Assembly (NCBI GenBank): GCA_000092065.1
Contig: CP000588.1
DNA length: 64,000 bases
From: Ostreococcus lucimarinus
Lineage: Eukaryota
Reading direction: 5' to 3' (one strand)
Both the position numbers and the translations under genes were made by a program. A model generated the notes under the pieces. The model was given only the letters and a program-made list of their open reading frames with translations, made no database searches and was not told the origin of the DNA. Shown piece after piece: positions 1 through 10,100 of this stretch; within the stretch, counting starts at the first letter, position 1; every line of letters starts with the position of its first letter.

Positions 1-483
1 GTGACGATGACGATCGGCGCGCACGGCGACGTGCGGCTGCGACTGCGCCCGGATTGGCACGCGGAGAGCGCGGCGTACGTCGCGGCGCTCGCGGCGGACG
101 CGCGCGCGTGCGAGGACGCGTGCGAGGTGTACCGCGTGGAGCCGGGATTCTTGGTGCAGGGAACTTTAAAGAGCGCGTCGGCGGCGAGCAACACGAAGAC
201 GAAGGAGGGGCCGAGGTTGATGCGACGAGGCGACGTCGGGTGGGCGGGCGAGGGACCGGGACCGGATTTTTTCGTGTACGTGGGCGCGAAGCCGGCGGCG
301 CACTTCGGGAGGCGACACACGGTGTTCGCGGAGGTGGCGGACGAGACGTCGATGGCGACGCTGGAGCGCGTGGCGAACGCGCCGAGCTCGACGCCGGGCG
401 GGACGGGGACGATGCGGTTCATCGATGAGCGCCCGCGGATTACGCTTCGCGACGCGCGGTCGAAAGGCGCGGCGCGCGCGTAG
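1..483 (+). CDS. Cyclophilin-like (PPIase-fold) domain protein; may be 5'-truncated by the window edge (first in-frame ATG at 4)
   Basis: ORF ends at TAG 481-483. YRVEPGFLVQG, GDVGWAGEGPGPDFFVYVG and RRHTVFAEVADETSMATLERV resemble the cyclophilin core blocks (FHRVIxxFMxQGG; SQFFI; HTVFGxV). The track's first codon is GTG. Confidence 0.55.
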   Translation: MTMTIGAHGDVRLRLRPDWHAESAAYVAALAADARACEDACEVYRVEPGFLVQGTLKSASAASNTKTKEGPRLMRRGDVGWAGEGPGPDFFVYVGAKPAAHFGRRHTVFAEVADETSMATLERVANAPSSTPGGTGTMRFIDERPRITLRDARSKGAARA

Positions 484-558
484 CGACGGCGAGTCGAAAA
501 CGGTGGACGGCGTCGAACGCGTCGTCTCGCGCGTCGCGACGGCGAGTCGAAAACGGTG
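483..558. repeat. Two perfect copies of a 23-nt direct repeat (483-505 and 536-558)
   Basis: gcgacggcgagtcgaaaacggtg occurs twice, 53 nt apart. The first copy overlaps the last base of the cyclophilin-like stop codon (TAG 481-483). Confidence 0.9.
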
Positions 559-689
559 TAAATTATTGAATGCGCGTCGCTCGCGCGCGACGACGCGCGT
601 TTTCGCTAGGTTTTTCTTCTATGGAAGTACGCGTCCCGCGCTCGCGCGCTCCCGTCCTGCGCTATGCTATGCTACCGCGACGTCGCGAC

Positions 690-1019
690 TCAACTTTTGA
701 AGCGCGCGCGCGCGTCGCCGAGCGGCGAGTCGCCCTCGCGCAAACGCGCAATCTCCTTATCCTTGCGTTCGATCTCCCCCCTCGCCGTGTTAAACAAGCA
801 CGAAATGTTCCTCTCCAAGTTCTCGCATCGCTCGCGCAGGCTCGCGTTCTCGTCCATCAACGCTCGACGTCGCGCCTCGCTCTCGCTCAGTTTCAGGTTC
901 AATCGACCGATCGCTCCCGCGCTCGCCGCTTCCGCCCCGCGCGCGCCCTCGCGCGCGTCCAGATCGCCGTACAGCACGTCTTCGTCCTCGCCGTCGTCTC
1001 GCGCGCGCTCGTGCGCCAT
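690..1019 (-). CDS. Small coiled-coil protein resembling the FLASH/CASP8AP2 N-terminal region (histone pre-mRNA 3'-end processing)
   Basis: 109 codons from ATG at 1019 (cat at 1017-1019 on +) to the stop at 690-692. It is the C-terminal part of track ORF 690..1808, whose upstream part is antisense to eIF2B-epsilon. LYGDL...ENLERNISCLFNTARGEIERKDKEIARL closely parallels the human FLASH segment I recall as ...[25 protein letters not shown]. Confidence 0.5.
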   Translation of the reverse strand: MAHERARDDGEDEDVLYGDLDAREGARGAEAASAGAIGRLNLKLSESEARRRALMDENASLRERCENLERNISCLFNTARGEIERKDKEIARLREGDSPLGDARARFKS

Positions 1020-1097
1020 CGTCGACGCCACCGCGCGGCGGGACGCGCGGGCGCGCGCGTCACTTTTTGCCGCGTCGGCGTCGCTTCGCGCGTCGCC
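1020..1097. promoter_or_regulatory. 78-bp ATG-to-ATG spacer of a head-to-head pair (FLASH-like / eIF2B-epsilon); presumed bidirectional promoter plus both 5'UTRs
   Basis: The start codons at 1019 (-) and 1098 (+) diverge. No other room for regulatory sequence exists unless it lies inside the coding regions. Confidence 0.45.
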
Positions 1098-3410
1098 ATG
1101 GCGCCCAAGCCCGCGGCCGCGGACGTGCACGTCAAGCCGACGCTCCAGGCGGTCGTCCTCGCGGACTCGTTCGCGACCGCGTTCAAACCGCTGACGGAGA
1201 AGACGCCCAAGGCGCTCGTCCCGCTCGGCCACGTCCCGATGTTGGAGTACACCCTCGAGTGGTTGTCGTCGCAGGGCGTCGAGGAGACGTACGTCTTGGC
1301 GTGCGCGCACGCGGAGATGATCGATCAGTACCTGAAGAGCGCGGGATGGGGGGAAGGAGACGCCGGGGATAAAGAGACGAAACCGGGACAGCGAAGAAGG
1401 ATGACGACGAAGTGCGTGCCGAGTGCGAGCTGCGTCAGCGCGGGCGAAGCGCTGCGGTTGATCGATCATAAACACGTCATACGGAGCGATTTCGTGCTGG
1501 TGAGTGGGGATGTCGTGACGAACATCGATCTGAAGGATGCGCTGGAGCGACACCGGGCGAGGAGGAAGAAGGAAAAGTTGGCGGTGATGACGGTGTGCTT
1601 GCGAAACGTCGGGGCGAGCGTGAGAGAATCGAGGTATGGGGATTCGAATTTGACCATCGCCATGGATGCGGAGACGAATAAGATCGTACATTACGAGGAG
1701 CACGGGAGTGGACACAGCGCGACGAAGTTGCCGCCGACGTCGCTGGACGCGTCGTTGTTCGGGGAGGTCAAGAATATTCGAGTGAGGACGGATTTGATGG
1801 ATTGTCACGTCGATATTTGCGCACCCGAGTTCTTGATGCTATTCACGGACAACTTCGATTATCAGCACATTCGTCGGGACTTCATCGTCGGGACGCTTAA
1901 CGAGCGGGAGCTGGGGAACACGATTTACGGGTATGAGATTTCGCGATACGATTACGCCGCGCGCGTGCACAATTTGCGCTCTTACGACGCGGTTTCACGC
2001 GATATTTTGAACAGATGGACGTTTCCGTACGTACCGGACACGCGCGTCGTACCAGTTCAAGATCCACAGACGTTCACGCACACGTGGGGGAACAATTATT
2101 TGAGCCCCGACTGCGAAGTGCACGAATCGGCCAAGCTCACTAAGGGATGCTCAATCGGTGCAGGAACGATGATTGGCGCCGGCACGTCGGTATCGCACAG
2201 TGTGATCGGAAAGAACGTTATCATAGGACAGAACTGCGTCATCTCAGGCGCGTATATCTTCGATGGTGCGCGCATCGAAAACGAATCTTCGGTAACGAGC
2301 GCCATCTTGCAAGAAGCCGTCGTCGTGCACGCCTACGCACATGTCACCGCCGGATGCGTGTTAGCCGCGGATGTCGTCATAGGAAGTGGATTCAGCGTGA
2401 AACCAAACACGCGAATTTCGCTCAAGGCGCAGCCCGCTATCGAAGACGACGATTACGATTCGGACGACTCGGAGCAGTCCACGTCGCTCGGACTCGGCGA
2501 GCTTGAACTCGTTCGCGACGAAGTTCTCGGTGAACACACGATGGAACAGATCGCTGAAGCGCTCGCTGCGGCGAAAGCACGAGCGGGCGCGGACACAAGC
2601 GCGATTTGGGCGCCCACGTCTGTTGGTGCAGGCGGAGCCGGGTACGTGTGGGCCCCGCGCGAGGAAAGCTGGTTTCGCAACATCGCCCAGCCGAAAGCGC
2701 GAGAGCCGTATGATTGCTCACACGAATACGCTACCGACGAAGCGAAACGCGAGAGCGCCCCCGATTCAAGGGCGGCAGCGGTGGCGGAGTCTGATAGCGA
2801 CGAACAAGAAGACGTCAAGCGCGAGGGCGTGTTTCAGCGCGAAGTCGCGGAGACGTTTTTGCGCTGCGTCAAGCAAGGGTACGCTCAGGAAAATGCAGTG
2901 GTCGAGCTGCAAGGTTTGAAGATGGCGGAAAATAGAACGTTCGCCGATATTGCGCGATATGTTTTGATGACGATAGTCGGATTGACGTTACCGGCGCACG
3001 GTAAGACGTCTCGCGAAAACGTAAAGCTGTACCCGGCGACGGCGCCGTCGGGCACGCCGGAATTGTTGAAACGATTGCGAGAGCGATTGAAGGAGTGGGC
3101 GCCACTCTTATCGAGGTTCCTTCGGAGTGAAGATGACCAAGTCGAGGCTTTGTTAACGCTCGAAGAGTTTTGCTCCGAGGATGAGGTCTTCAAAGGCATG
3201 GGTGGCGCCGTCTGCGTGCCATCCTTCGCCAAAATTCTGCACATGCTCTACGACATGGACGTCATCGGCGAAGAGAGCGTGTTAGCTTGGGCGGAAGAAA
3301 AGGCCGAGGCCGACGAAGCGGATAAAAAGTTTCTCAGGCTCGCGCAACCGTTCATCGATTGGCTCGAAGAGGCCTCGAGCGAGGAGGAATCGTCTAGCGA
3401 AGATGACTAA
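1098..3410 (+). CDS. EIF2B5: Translation initiation factor eIF2B epsilon subunit
   Basis: First in-frame ATG is at 1098; the track ORF begins at 570 and runs across the opposite-strand gene. It has a nucleotidyl-transferase-like N-terminus (LQAVVLADSFATAFKPLTEKTPKALVPL). Hexapeptide/left-handed beta-helix repeats follow (GCSIGAGTMIGAGTSVSHSVIGKNVIIGQNCVISGAYIFDGARIEN). The C-terminus is W2/eIF5C-like with acidic-aromatic boxes (VLAWAEEKAEADEADKKFLRLAQPFIDWLEEASSEEESSSEDD). Confidence 0.9.
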   Translation: MAPKPAAADVHVKPTLQAVVLADSFATAFKPLTEKTPKALVPLGHVPMLEYTLEWLSSQGVEETYVLACAHAEMIDQYLKSAGWGEGDAGDKETKPGQRRRMTTKCVPSASCVSAGEALRLIDHKHVIRSDFVLVSGDVVTNIDLKDALERHRARRKKEKLAVMTVCLRNVGASVRESRYGDSNLTIAMDAETNKIVHYEEHGSGHSATKLPPTSLDASLFGEVKNIRVRTDLMDCHVDICAPEFLMLFTDNFDYQHIRRDFIVGTLNERELGNTIYGYEISRYDYAARVHNLRSYDAVSRDILNRWTFPYVPDTRVVPVQDPQTFTHTWGNNYLSPDCEVHESAKLTKGCSIGAGTMIGAGTSVSHSVIGKNVIIGQNCVISGAYIFDGARIENESSVTSAILQEAVVVHAYAHVTAGCVLAADVVIGSGFSVKPNTRISLKAQPAIEDDDYDSDDSEQSTSLGLGELELVRDEVLGEHTMEQIAEALAAAKARAGADTSAIWAPTSVGAGGAGYVWAPREESWFRNIAQPKAREPYDCSHEYATDEAKRESAPDSRAAAVAESDSDEQEDVKREGVFQREVAETFLRCVKQGYAQENAVVELQGLKMAENRTFADIARYVLMTIVGLTLPAHGKTSRENVKLYPATAPSGTPELLKRLRERLKEWAPLLSRFLRSEDDQVEALLTLEEFCSEDEVFKGMGGAVCVPSFAKILHMLYDMDVIGEESVLAWAEEKAEADEADKKFLRLAQPFIDWLEEASSEEESSSEDD

Positions 3411-3462
3411 GTCGAAGCGCTACAGAGTTCTATTCTAATACAAATACACATGTTCCGCACAC

Positions 3463-4080
3463 CTACACGTCGCTACGAAAACTCTCAAGGTCCTCCCCTA
3501 CTCTATGTTTCCAAAATGATTTTCCATAGCTGATCAAAATCTCCTCACCCTTCGCAATCGTCGCTTGAGGAAGCACAAAAATCGCGAGCTTCGCGTGTCC
3601 CGCCTCGTCGACGTAGGACTCAAATTTCGCATTTTGCGATCGACCCGTGTTTCTAAAGTCGTTGCAAAATCGCGCGTCGTTCCCTTCCTTTTCTGCGTCG
3701 ATAGCCAATTCGTTCGCGTCGCCGAACGCGAGCGAATAATCCGTCGTCTTGGAACAATCCACCGCGGTCGTGACCACGCCGTGGTAGTCGATGATTCGTT
3801 CCCTACCTCTCAACCGCGTGTTCGCGAACAAGCCGAACTCTCCGCGCGCCGGATGCGTCGCATCATCGATGATGCGCCCTCGCGCGCGTTTCCTATCATT
3901 CGCGCGCGTGTGCTTGATCGCGCTGCGCGCGCTCGGGGCATACTTTTCGATTACGTCTGGGGACACACTCGCCGCGTCGTAGCGCAACGAATCGAGGAAG
4001 ACGACGTCGGACGGCCACGACGCGGCAGCGGACGTCGACGCAGGCGTTTGTTTCGCGGTTTTGCGGACGTCGCGCCCCAT
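3463..4080 (-). CDS. SET-domain protein (putative lysine methyltransferase)
   Basis: ATG at 4080 (cat 4078-4080). SET blocks present: GLFANTRLRGRERIIDYHGVV, NDARFCNDFRN (in the NHS position) and GEEILISYGKSFW. Confidence 0.75.
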   Translation of the reverse strand: MGRDVRKTAKQTPASTSAAASWPSDVVFLDSLRYDAASVSPDVIEKYAPSARSAIKHTRANDRKRARGRIIDDATHPARGEFGLFANTRLRGRERIIDYHGVVTTAVDCSKTTDYSLAFGDANELAIDAEKEGNDARFCNDFRNTGRSQNAKFESYVDEAGHAKLAIFVLPQATIAKGEEILISYGKSFWKHRVGEDLESFRSDV

Positions 4081-4155
4081 GGGGCGCGACGCGGGTGTGT
4101 GCGGTGAAGTCTACTTAGTACAGATATTAGATTTTTGTTACATTTCCTGCAAGGA

Positions 4156-7100
4156 TTAATACCAAGGCGCCCAAATCGCTGCGGAACGACTGACGTTGCG
4201 AATGTTAAGAGCGGCATCGACCAGGTGTAAGACAGCCTTTTGAACGCTCGGTACCGTGTCCGACGTGTCGGGGAGTACCGGGGTCGGGGCGATGATCGGT
4301 AACCTCCGAAGCACCTCCTGTACATTGGCGCGCGCCATGTTTTTAATCTCCGACGGCGACGGGCTCACGGGAGGGGTGTCGCCGCCCATGCGACGCCACG
4401 GCCAAACCATGAGTTGATCGCGAAAGAATAATTCAAGATGGGCCTCTAAGTCAGCTTCGGGCGCTGTGCACGCTTGCGCGGCGGACGCCATGGAGGCGAC
4501 AAAGTCACCCTTGACGCCAAACGGTGTGAAGAACGTGTGCAAGTTTCGCGTTAGGCGGAACGGCACGGGTTCGATGTACTCGACAATACCTTTTTGATCA
4601 AACGCCGGGTGGAAGTCAAGCATGAATATCTTGCCAGTATTCTTGGCGAACATGATCTTGTTCGGTGTTCGGCCGCCAATGCGTAGGAGCGCGGACAAGA
4701 AGCTTGACATTGCGAGCTGCTGCGAAAGTTGACGCTTAAACGTCCACAAGTGCGAGCTGCTCGGAAGTGTCTTGTACATGTACTGCGAGAAGATATTTTC
4801 TGTCACGTGCTTTTGCGTAATCTCCATCAGGGCTTTCAGGCGAAGCTCCAGTACCTCTTCGGTGCCCGTAACTTCTCCCAGAATCGCAGGGTCGAGCGCG
4901 GCCTTGAAGAGCGTAATCGGTAAGTCTGCTTCGCGGCCGTAACGCGCGCAGTTGGCGTCGTACACCTCGGCATACGTGCCGTTTGCATCGTCGTCTTCGA
5001 GCAAGCGCACTTGTGGCCATACTGGAACGATGGCTGGGGTGTAATAGCACATGTTTCGACGTCTCGTCTCTGTGTGCTTGGCCAAAACTCCATTCAATGT
5101 GGACAAAAGTTGCACCATGCGCTCCTCACCGCGCGCCGCCGGTGTTAGCGACGTCTGGACCAAGAATTGCTTGGACGAACCATCCGTGCCAAGGAACTCT
5201 AAGCGTCGTAAGCAGTTTCCGTTCCGTCGCACGACGTGCACATCGGCACCGATACGCTCGAGCTTGACAAAGCGATCGGTGACGCCAAACGTCAAGTCGC
5301 CCGAATACTGCCCAGGAATTTCAATCTCGTGAAACGTGACATTTCTGAGCTGGTCGGATTCAGCCTCGAGACGCAACGTCGCCGGCAATCGATCCTCAAC
5401 ATCGTTCAGTAAGCGTTGTTTCCAAGCCTTAAGCTTCACCATGAGTTCCGCAACCGTCGTCGGAAATGTACTTTCCTCCGGATTCAATTCGCGTTCGTAA
5501 CTCGCTTTGTATTCTTCGACGAAATCTGCGTGCTTCGCCGAAGTATCCGCGCTGAAGCAGGCCTTACACACGCCTATGAGTTCCTTCTTGAAGCTCTCCG
5601 GAACTTCGCCGGTCGTCGCCGCTGGATACTTGTAGCATCGGTGCAACAACGTGTAGACGACAACTAATAACCGTTCTTCAGGCGTACACGCAAATTTCGT
5701 ACCGAGTTCGCTAAGTAAGACTTCGAGCTCGCCGACCAAGTTGCCGTGTCTGGTTCGAATGTGTTCCATGATTTCTTTCGCCGCTTCGAAAGCCCAGTTG
5801 GCATCCTTCGCGCGCGATGCAGCCGCGGCAACATCGGGTGGTAAAGGTGTGCCTGGGGCGCTGGATGACTTCTGAGTAGCGCCACTCTTCTCGGCAATTG
5901 TGCGCGCAGTTTGAGTCGCTCGCGCCGCCGAGTCTCTTCGCTCGAGTAAGCACGTGCGCAATTGGTAGTAAACCGCTTGCGGGTGCGCGGCGGCGACGTC
6001 TTTGAGAATTGCCAAAGCATACGCTTGTTCCTGATGTGCGAGAGACAGAAGTAGCTGTGGAATCCAAGGAATCCAAACCCAAGTGGGCAAAGCGTCGAGA
6101 TGACGCACGATGGCGAGGCTGATAGGCTCGGGATTTACGTCAAACGCGAGCATTTGAATCACATGAATCAACTGGTGTCGATTCTCGTGAACGTTGTGCT
6201 TGACGGCTTGCAAGTAGCAGGTCGCTGTTTGTTGCGCAATGTTTGAAATAGAGCCGTCATCACCGCGCATTCGACAAAACTTGCCCCACGACAGCCACGA
6301 CTCGGCGCGTTGCTTGCACAACGACACAGAAGTCGAATACGACGCGTGCGCAGCGTCGTAATCTTCAAGCTGCTCTTGGAACTTTGCTCTCAGGCGGAAT
6401 AACTCAGCCTTTTGCGGTGGTGAGAAGAACTCCAGACTCGCAGATTCAAGGAGATTGATTCCAGTGATGGCTTCATTCTCAAACGCGAGGTACGCTTCGC
6501 ATTGTTCTCGAAGCTTTGAGAAAGCCTCTGAAACTTCAACTTGACCTTGATGACGCGACAAGATGTTCAGCGCAACCTCAGGCAAGCGCTGTTTACGCGC
6601 CGCTCGTGCAAACTTATTCAAACTCCACGCGCGCTCACGTTGACCGAGCTGATCGAGCTGTTGCGTTACTTGCAACATCGCGGGATTTTGCTCGCCGATT
6701 TGCTTTGCTGCGTGCGTCATGATGTTGTGCATGTTTCCGCGCCACATGAGGATCTCGCTCCACCACGGCACCGGATCCCATTCGTTGGGTGTGCGCAGAC
6801 GCCAAGTTTCCATGATGTCCTGAACCAACGTGCGATTGTTCGTGATCCCTTGCACGCCTCGGCGTTGGGTATTGGAAAGTTCGAGCAAGATGCGCGTAGA
6901 TTCTTGTACTTCCGCGATGGCGTTGAACATGTGAAGCGACGGAATGTGGCACGTTGAACCGGTCTCTGGAAGACGCCACCATCGATCAAGCGATGACTTA
7001 ACGGCGTTCGCCCAGTGCTGTTCAGCTTCGCGTACGCGTCCACTGACAAGTGAGGCGAACGCGCGAACTGTGGTGATTTCGGGGGTTTCCTCGATTTCAT

Positions 7101-10100
7101 TCAGCGTGCCGCTCGGCATCAGATCTTTCACACCCGCCCAATCTGAAAGTCGCCACATGCTCTGCACCATCAACTCGCTGTGCTCAACAGTTCGACTGAA
7201 GTCAGAAATCAAGTCCCATTGATTCAGTTGTTTCGCTGAATTCAGCCATTGCGTTTCCCACAGACACATCTCCGTCTTCGACACTCCCGGAGCCTGCCCA
7301 GCGGTGGCGAGCTGGATACCTTTGAAGAAGACATCTTGCGCATCTTGCCAGTGTCCGTGCTGCACGAGAGAGAGACCTGCTCGTGTGACATCGGACTGGC
7401 AACGCTGCATCCATAAGCCAACCAAAACGTCTTGCTCGTTCAACAATCGGTAAAGCTCGCTGAGAGCGTCGAAGCATCTAGCCTCTTGCGGATAGCGCAC
7501 GACGTGATTCTCGAGCAAAGCGATGGCGGTGTGCCATGCGTTGAACGTCTTACCAAGGAACTTGCTCAACTCGCTTGGAATCTTCAGCTGCGGCTGAGAA
7601 AGAGATATTCCTTCCAGTAGAGCTTGAATGACGTTTGGACGCACTGCGGCCTGACGAAGGTGCGATTCTTTACTGAGCAAACCAATCATCGGTTTGGCAA
7701 GTTGCAACTGCTCTTCGCGTTGCAATGTCGCCCAAACGATGGGGAAGATCAAGACCCAGAGATAATACGCAATGTGTGCGTTCCTCGTCGCCACTTGTCG
7801 AAGCGGCGACATTAAGTCATTTACGCGAATCTGCGCCTTTTCGTGGAGGAACTTCGCGTGGCGCTTGATCAAATCGTCGAGTTCGGCGGGATTTGCCTTC
7901 GCGTTTTTTGATTTAGCCGGAACGGGTAGAGGTTTCTTTGTCTCTGAATCAATCGGCAGAAGCGGGGTGATCAACGCACTGTTCGGAGCAAGCATGATTC
8001 TTTCATCCTCGGCGAGCGTGCTGAGAATCAAATCCAGGCCTTGCATCAACCAGAAAGTGTCCGCCATAGCATCCCAATCTTGAATGGTCAAGATATACTG
8101 CAAGCGCTGAAAGAGCGACTTGCCGATGGCGTCGTGATAAAGTGCAAAGAACTTCTTACGGAGCTCCGGCCTTCGAGTGCGGAGACCAAGCAGGTGAGTA
8201 CGTTCGACTTTGAGGAACACTTCAGTGCGCACGGCTGGGTCGTGTTTGCCCTCGGGTGCACAGAGTTTGTAAATCGCCCCCAAAAGCTTTTCTTCCCATG
8301 CTTGCGTTTGCGTGATGGCGAGGCCCATGCGCGTCAACTGTGCAAGCTTGGACAAGAACAAGACGGTTTCCTTTGCGTTCAAGCTACCGACACGTGTATC
8401 GTTGTCTTCGGGAGCGCCGCCTTCGCCCAAGGCTAAGTCGTCCGTCCAAGTAACCATAGCGTCGAGAATAGCCATGAGAACGTTACCGTGCGTTGACTTG
8501 TCATTAATGAGTTGTAGCAGTAAACGCAAGAAAATCTGCTTCTGATCTGAGCCAGCCGCAATGACTCGCTGAGATAAGATCTTGATGCACTTAGCCATGC
8601 AGTAGGCAACGCTACCGTACTCTGGTTCGAGCACTTCAGGGGGCGCTTGACCACGCTTCGGATGCGCAGCCTGAAGCTCACCCGCGGCGGACGCAGTATT
8701 CAACTCGTGCGTCATGCGCGCGAGCACCTTCATCAAGTTTGGCAGATACGTGTCAATCTTAGAAGCGGCAAAGACGGCTTCGGATTCAACCACCGTGAGA
8801 ATGCCAGCCAATGACGTGTTTGCTTGGTCGTTATTCGGCGAACTCTTTGAAATGATGGCATCTTCCGTGCATTTTACGTAAAACACCCCGATATGCTGCC
8901 TCAATTCTTCGATATCAGCGTCGTGCTTGCCGTTCGAATCGCCGTTACACTTGAGTATCTCACCGATGACTTCACCCAAAAGCCCATGCGCTTCACGGCT
9001 CGCAGACGAGTAGGAAGGTTCGATGAGGCGAAGAGTTTGTTGAATGCTTTCTGTGACGAACTCGTAATCGGGCGTCTTCAATGCGCACTTGAGAACGGAA
9101 AGACCCATGATGAGGGTAGACGTGGGATCGCGTTGGGCTTGATTTGCCAATGTCAAGAGCTTGTCGATGAAAGTGAACTTGATGCGCACAGACGGCCACA
9201 TCGCCAACGCCTTTGAGAGGAGATCTAAAGTTCGCACATTGAGAACTTGTGCGTCTTGGTCCTTACCTTCTCCAGTGATGAAAGTCATTCGAACGAGGAA
9301 GTTGACGATGATTTCAGCCATCGCCGGCGACGTTTCAAACTCCTTTTCTTCATCTTGATCGTCGGCCGATTTGGGCATCGATTTGAGCTTTTCTGTATCC
9401 GGTAAGTCACTAACCATTTCTTCGGTAGCTTCCTCTTCTTCCTTGGTCTGCTTCGCCGAGCGCGAAGCGCGCTTTGAACGTCCCGGTGATTTGCTTTCGG
9501 CTTCTTCCTTCTTCGACTTTTTGGTACCCTTCTTTCCGCGACGAGTCGGCGTCGTGACTTCCTCGTCTCTTTCTGGACTCTCCGCCGCCTTGCGCTTTCC
9601 AGTCGTCGACGGCTCAGCTTCGTTCGATCCTACTCCAGTGATTCTATCATTCTCCCAGCTAATGATGAGTTCGACCAAATCGACCGAAAGCACTCGGTTA
9701 GAATGCGAAGAGCTCGTGGGCAAGCCCAAACGCGAAAGCAAGTTTACCATCTGCCCAACAAACTGCGCTCGTGATGAGTAAAACAACTTGGAATGCCGCA
9801 CAATCAAGTTCCAAATGTGAACGAGCTGCGGAAGCGAATGACCGTCTTCGATTAAGCTCTTCTTGGTGTATCGAATCCAAATCGGGTGCTTGTGCTCACC
9901 TGGTTGAAGACGCAAAGGCAACGCTGGAGTGAGAGCGTCAAGCGCCTCGGTAACTAATGATTTTTGCTCTGGTTGATATGCCCGAAGTAACGCAACGAAG
10001 ACTTGCAATATGATCTTTTCTGGCGCTTGATACGCCTGTAAAAAGTAACTGATGTTGACGAAGGCCCATTGCTTGCTCGAAGAATCTTCACGCTTCAAGT

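Noticed and set aside
570-1097. 176-codon N-terminal extension of the eIF2B-epsilon ORF
   Set aside because: It is Arg/Ala-rich with no homology. It overlaps the opposite-strand FLASH-like CDS and the 3' intergenic region. The conserved eIF2B-epsilon N-terminus begins right at ATG 1098.
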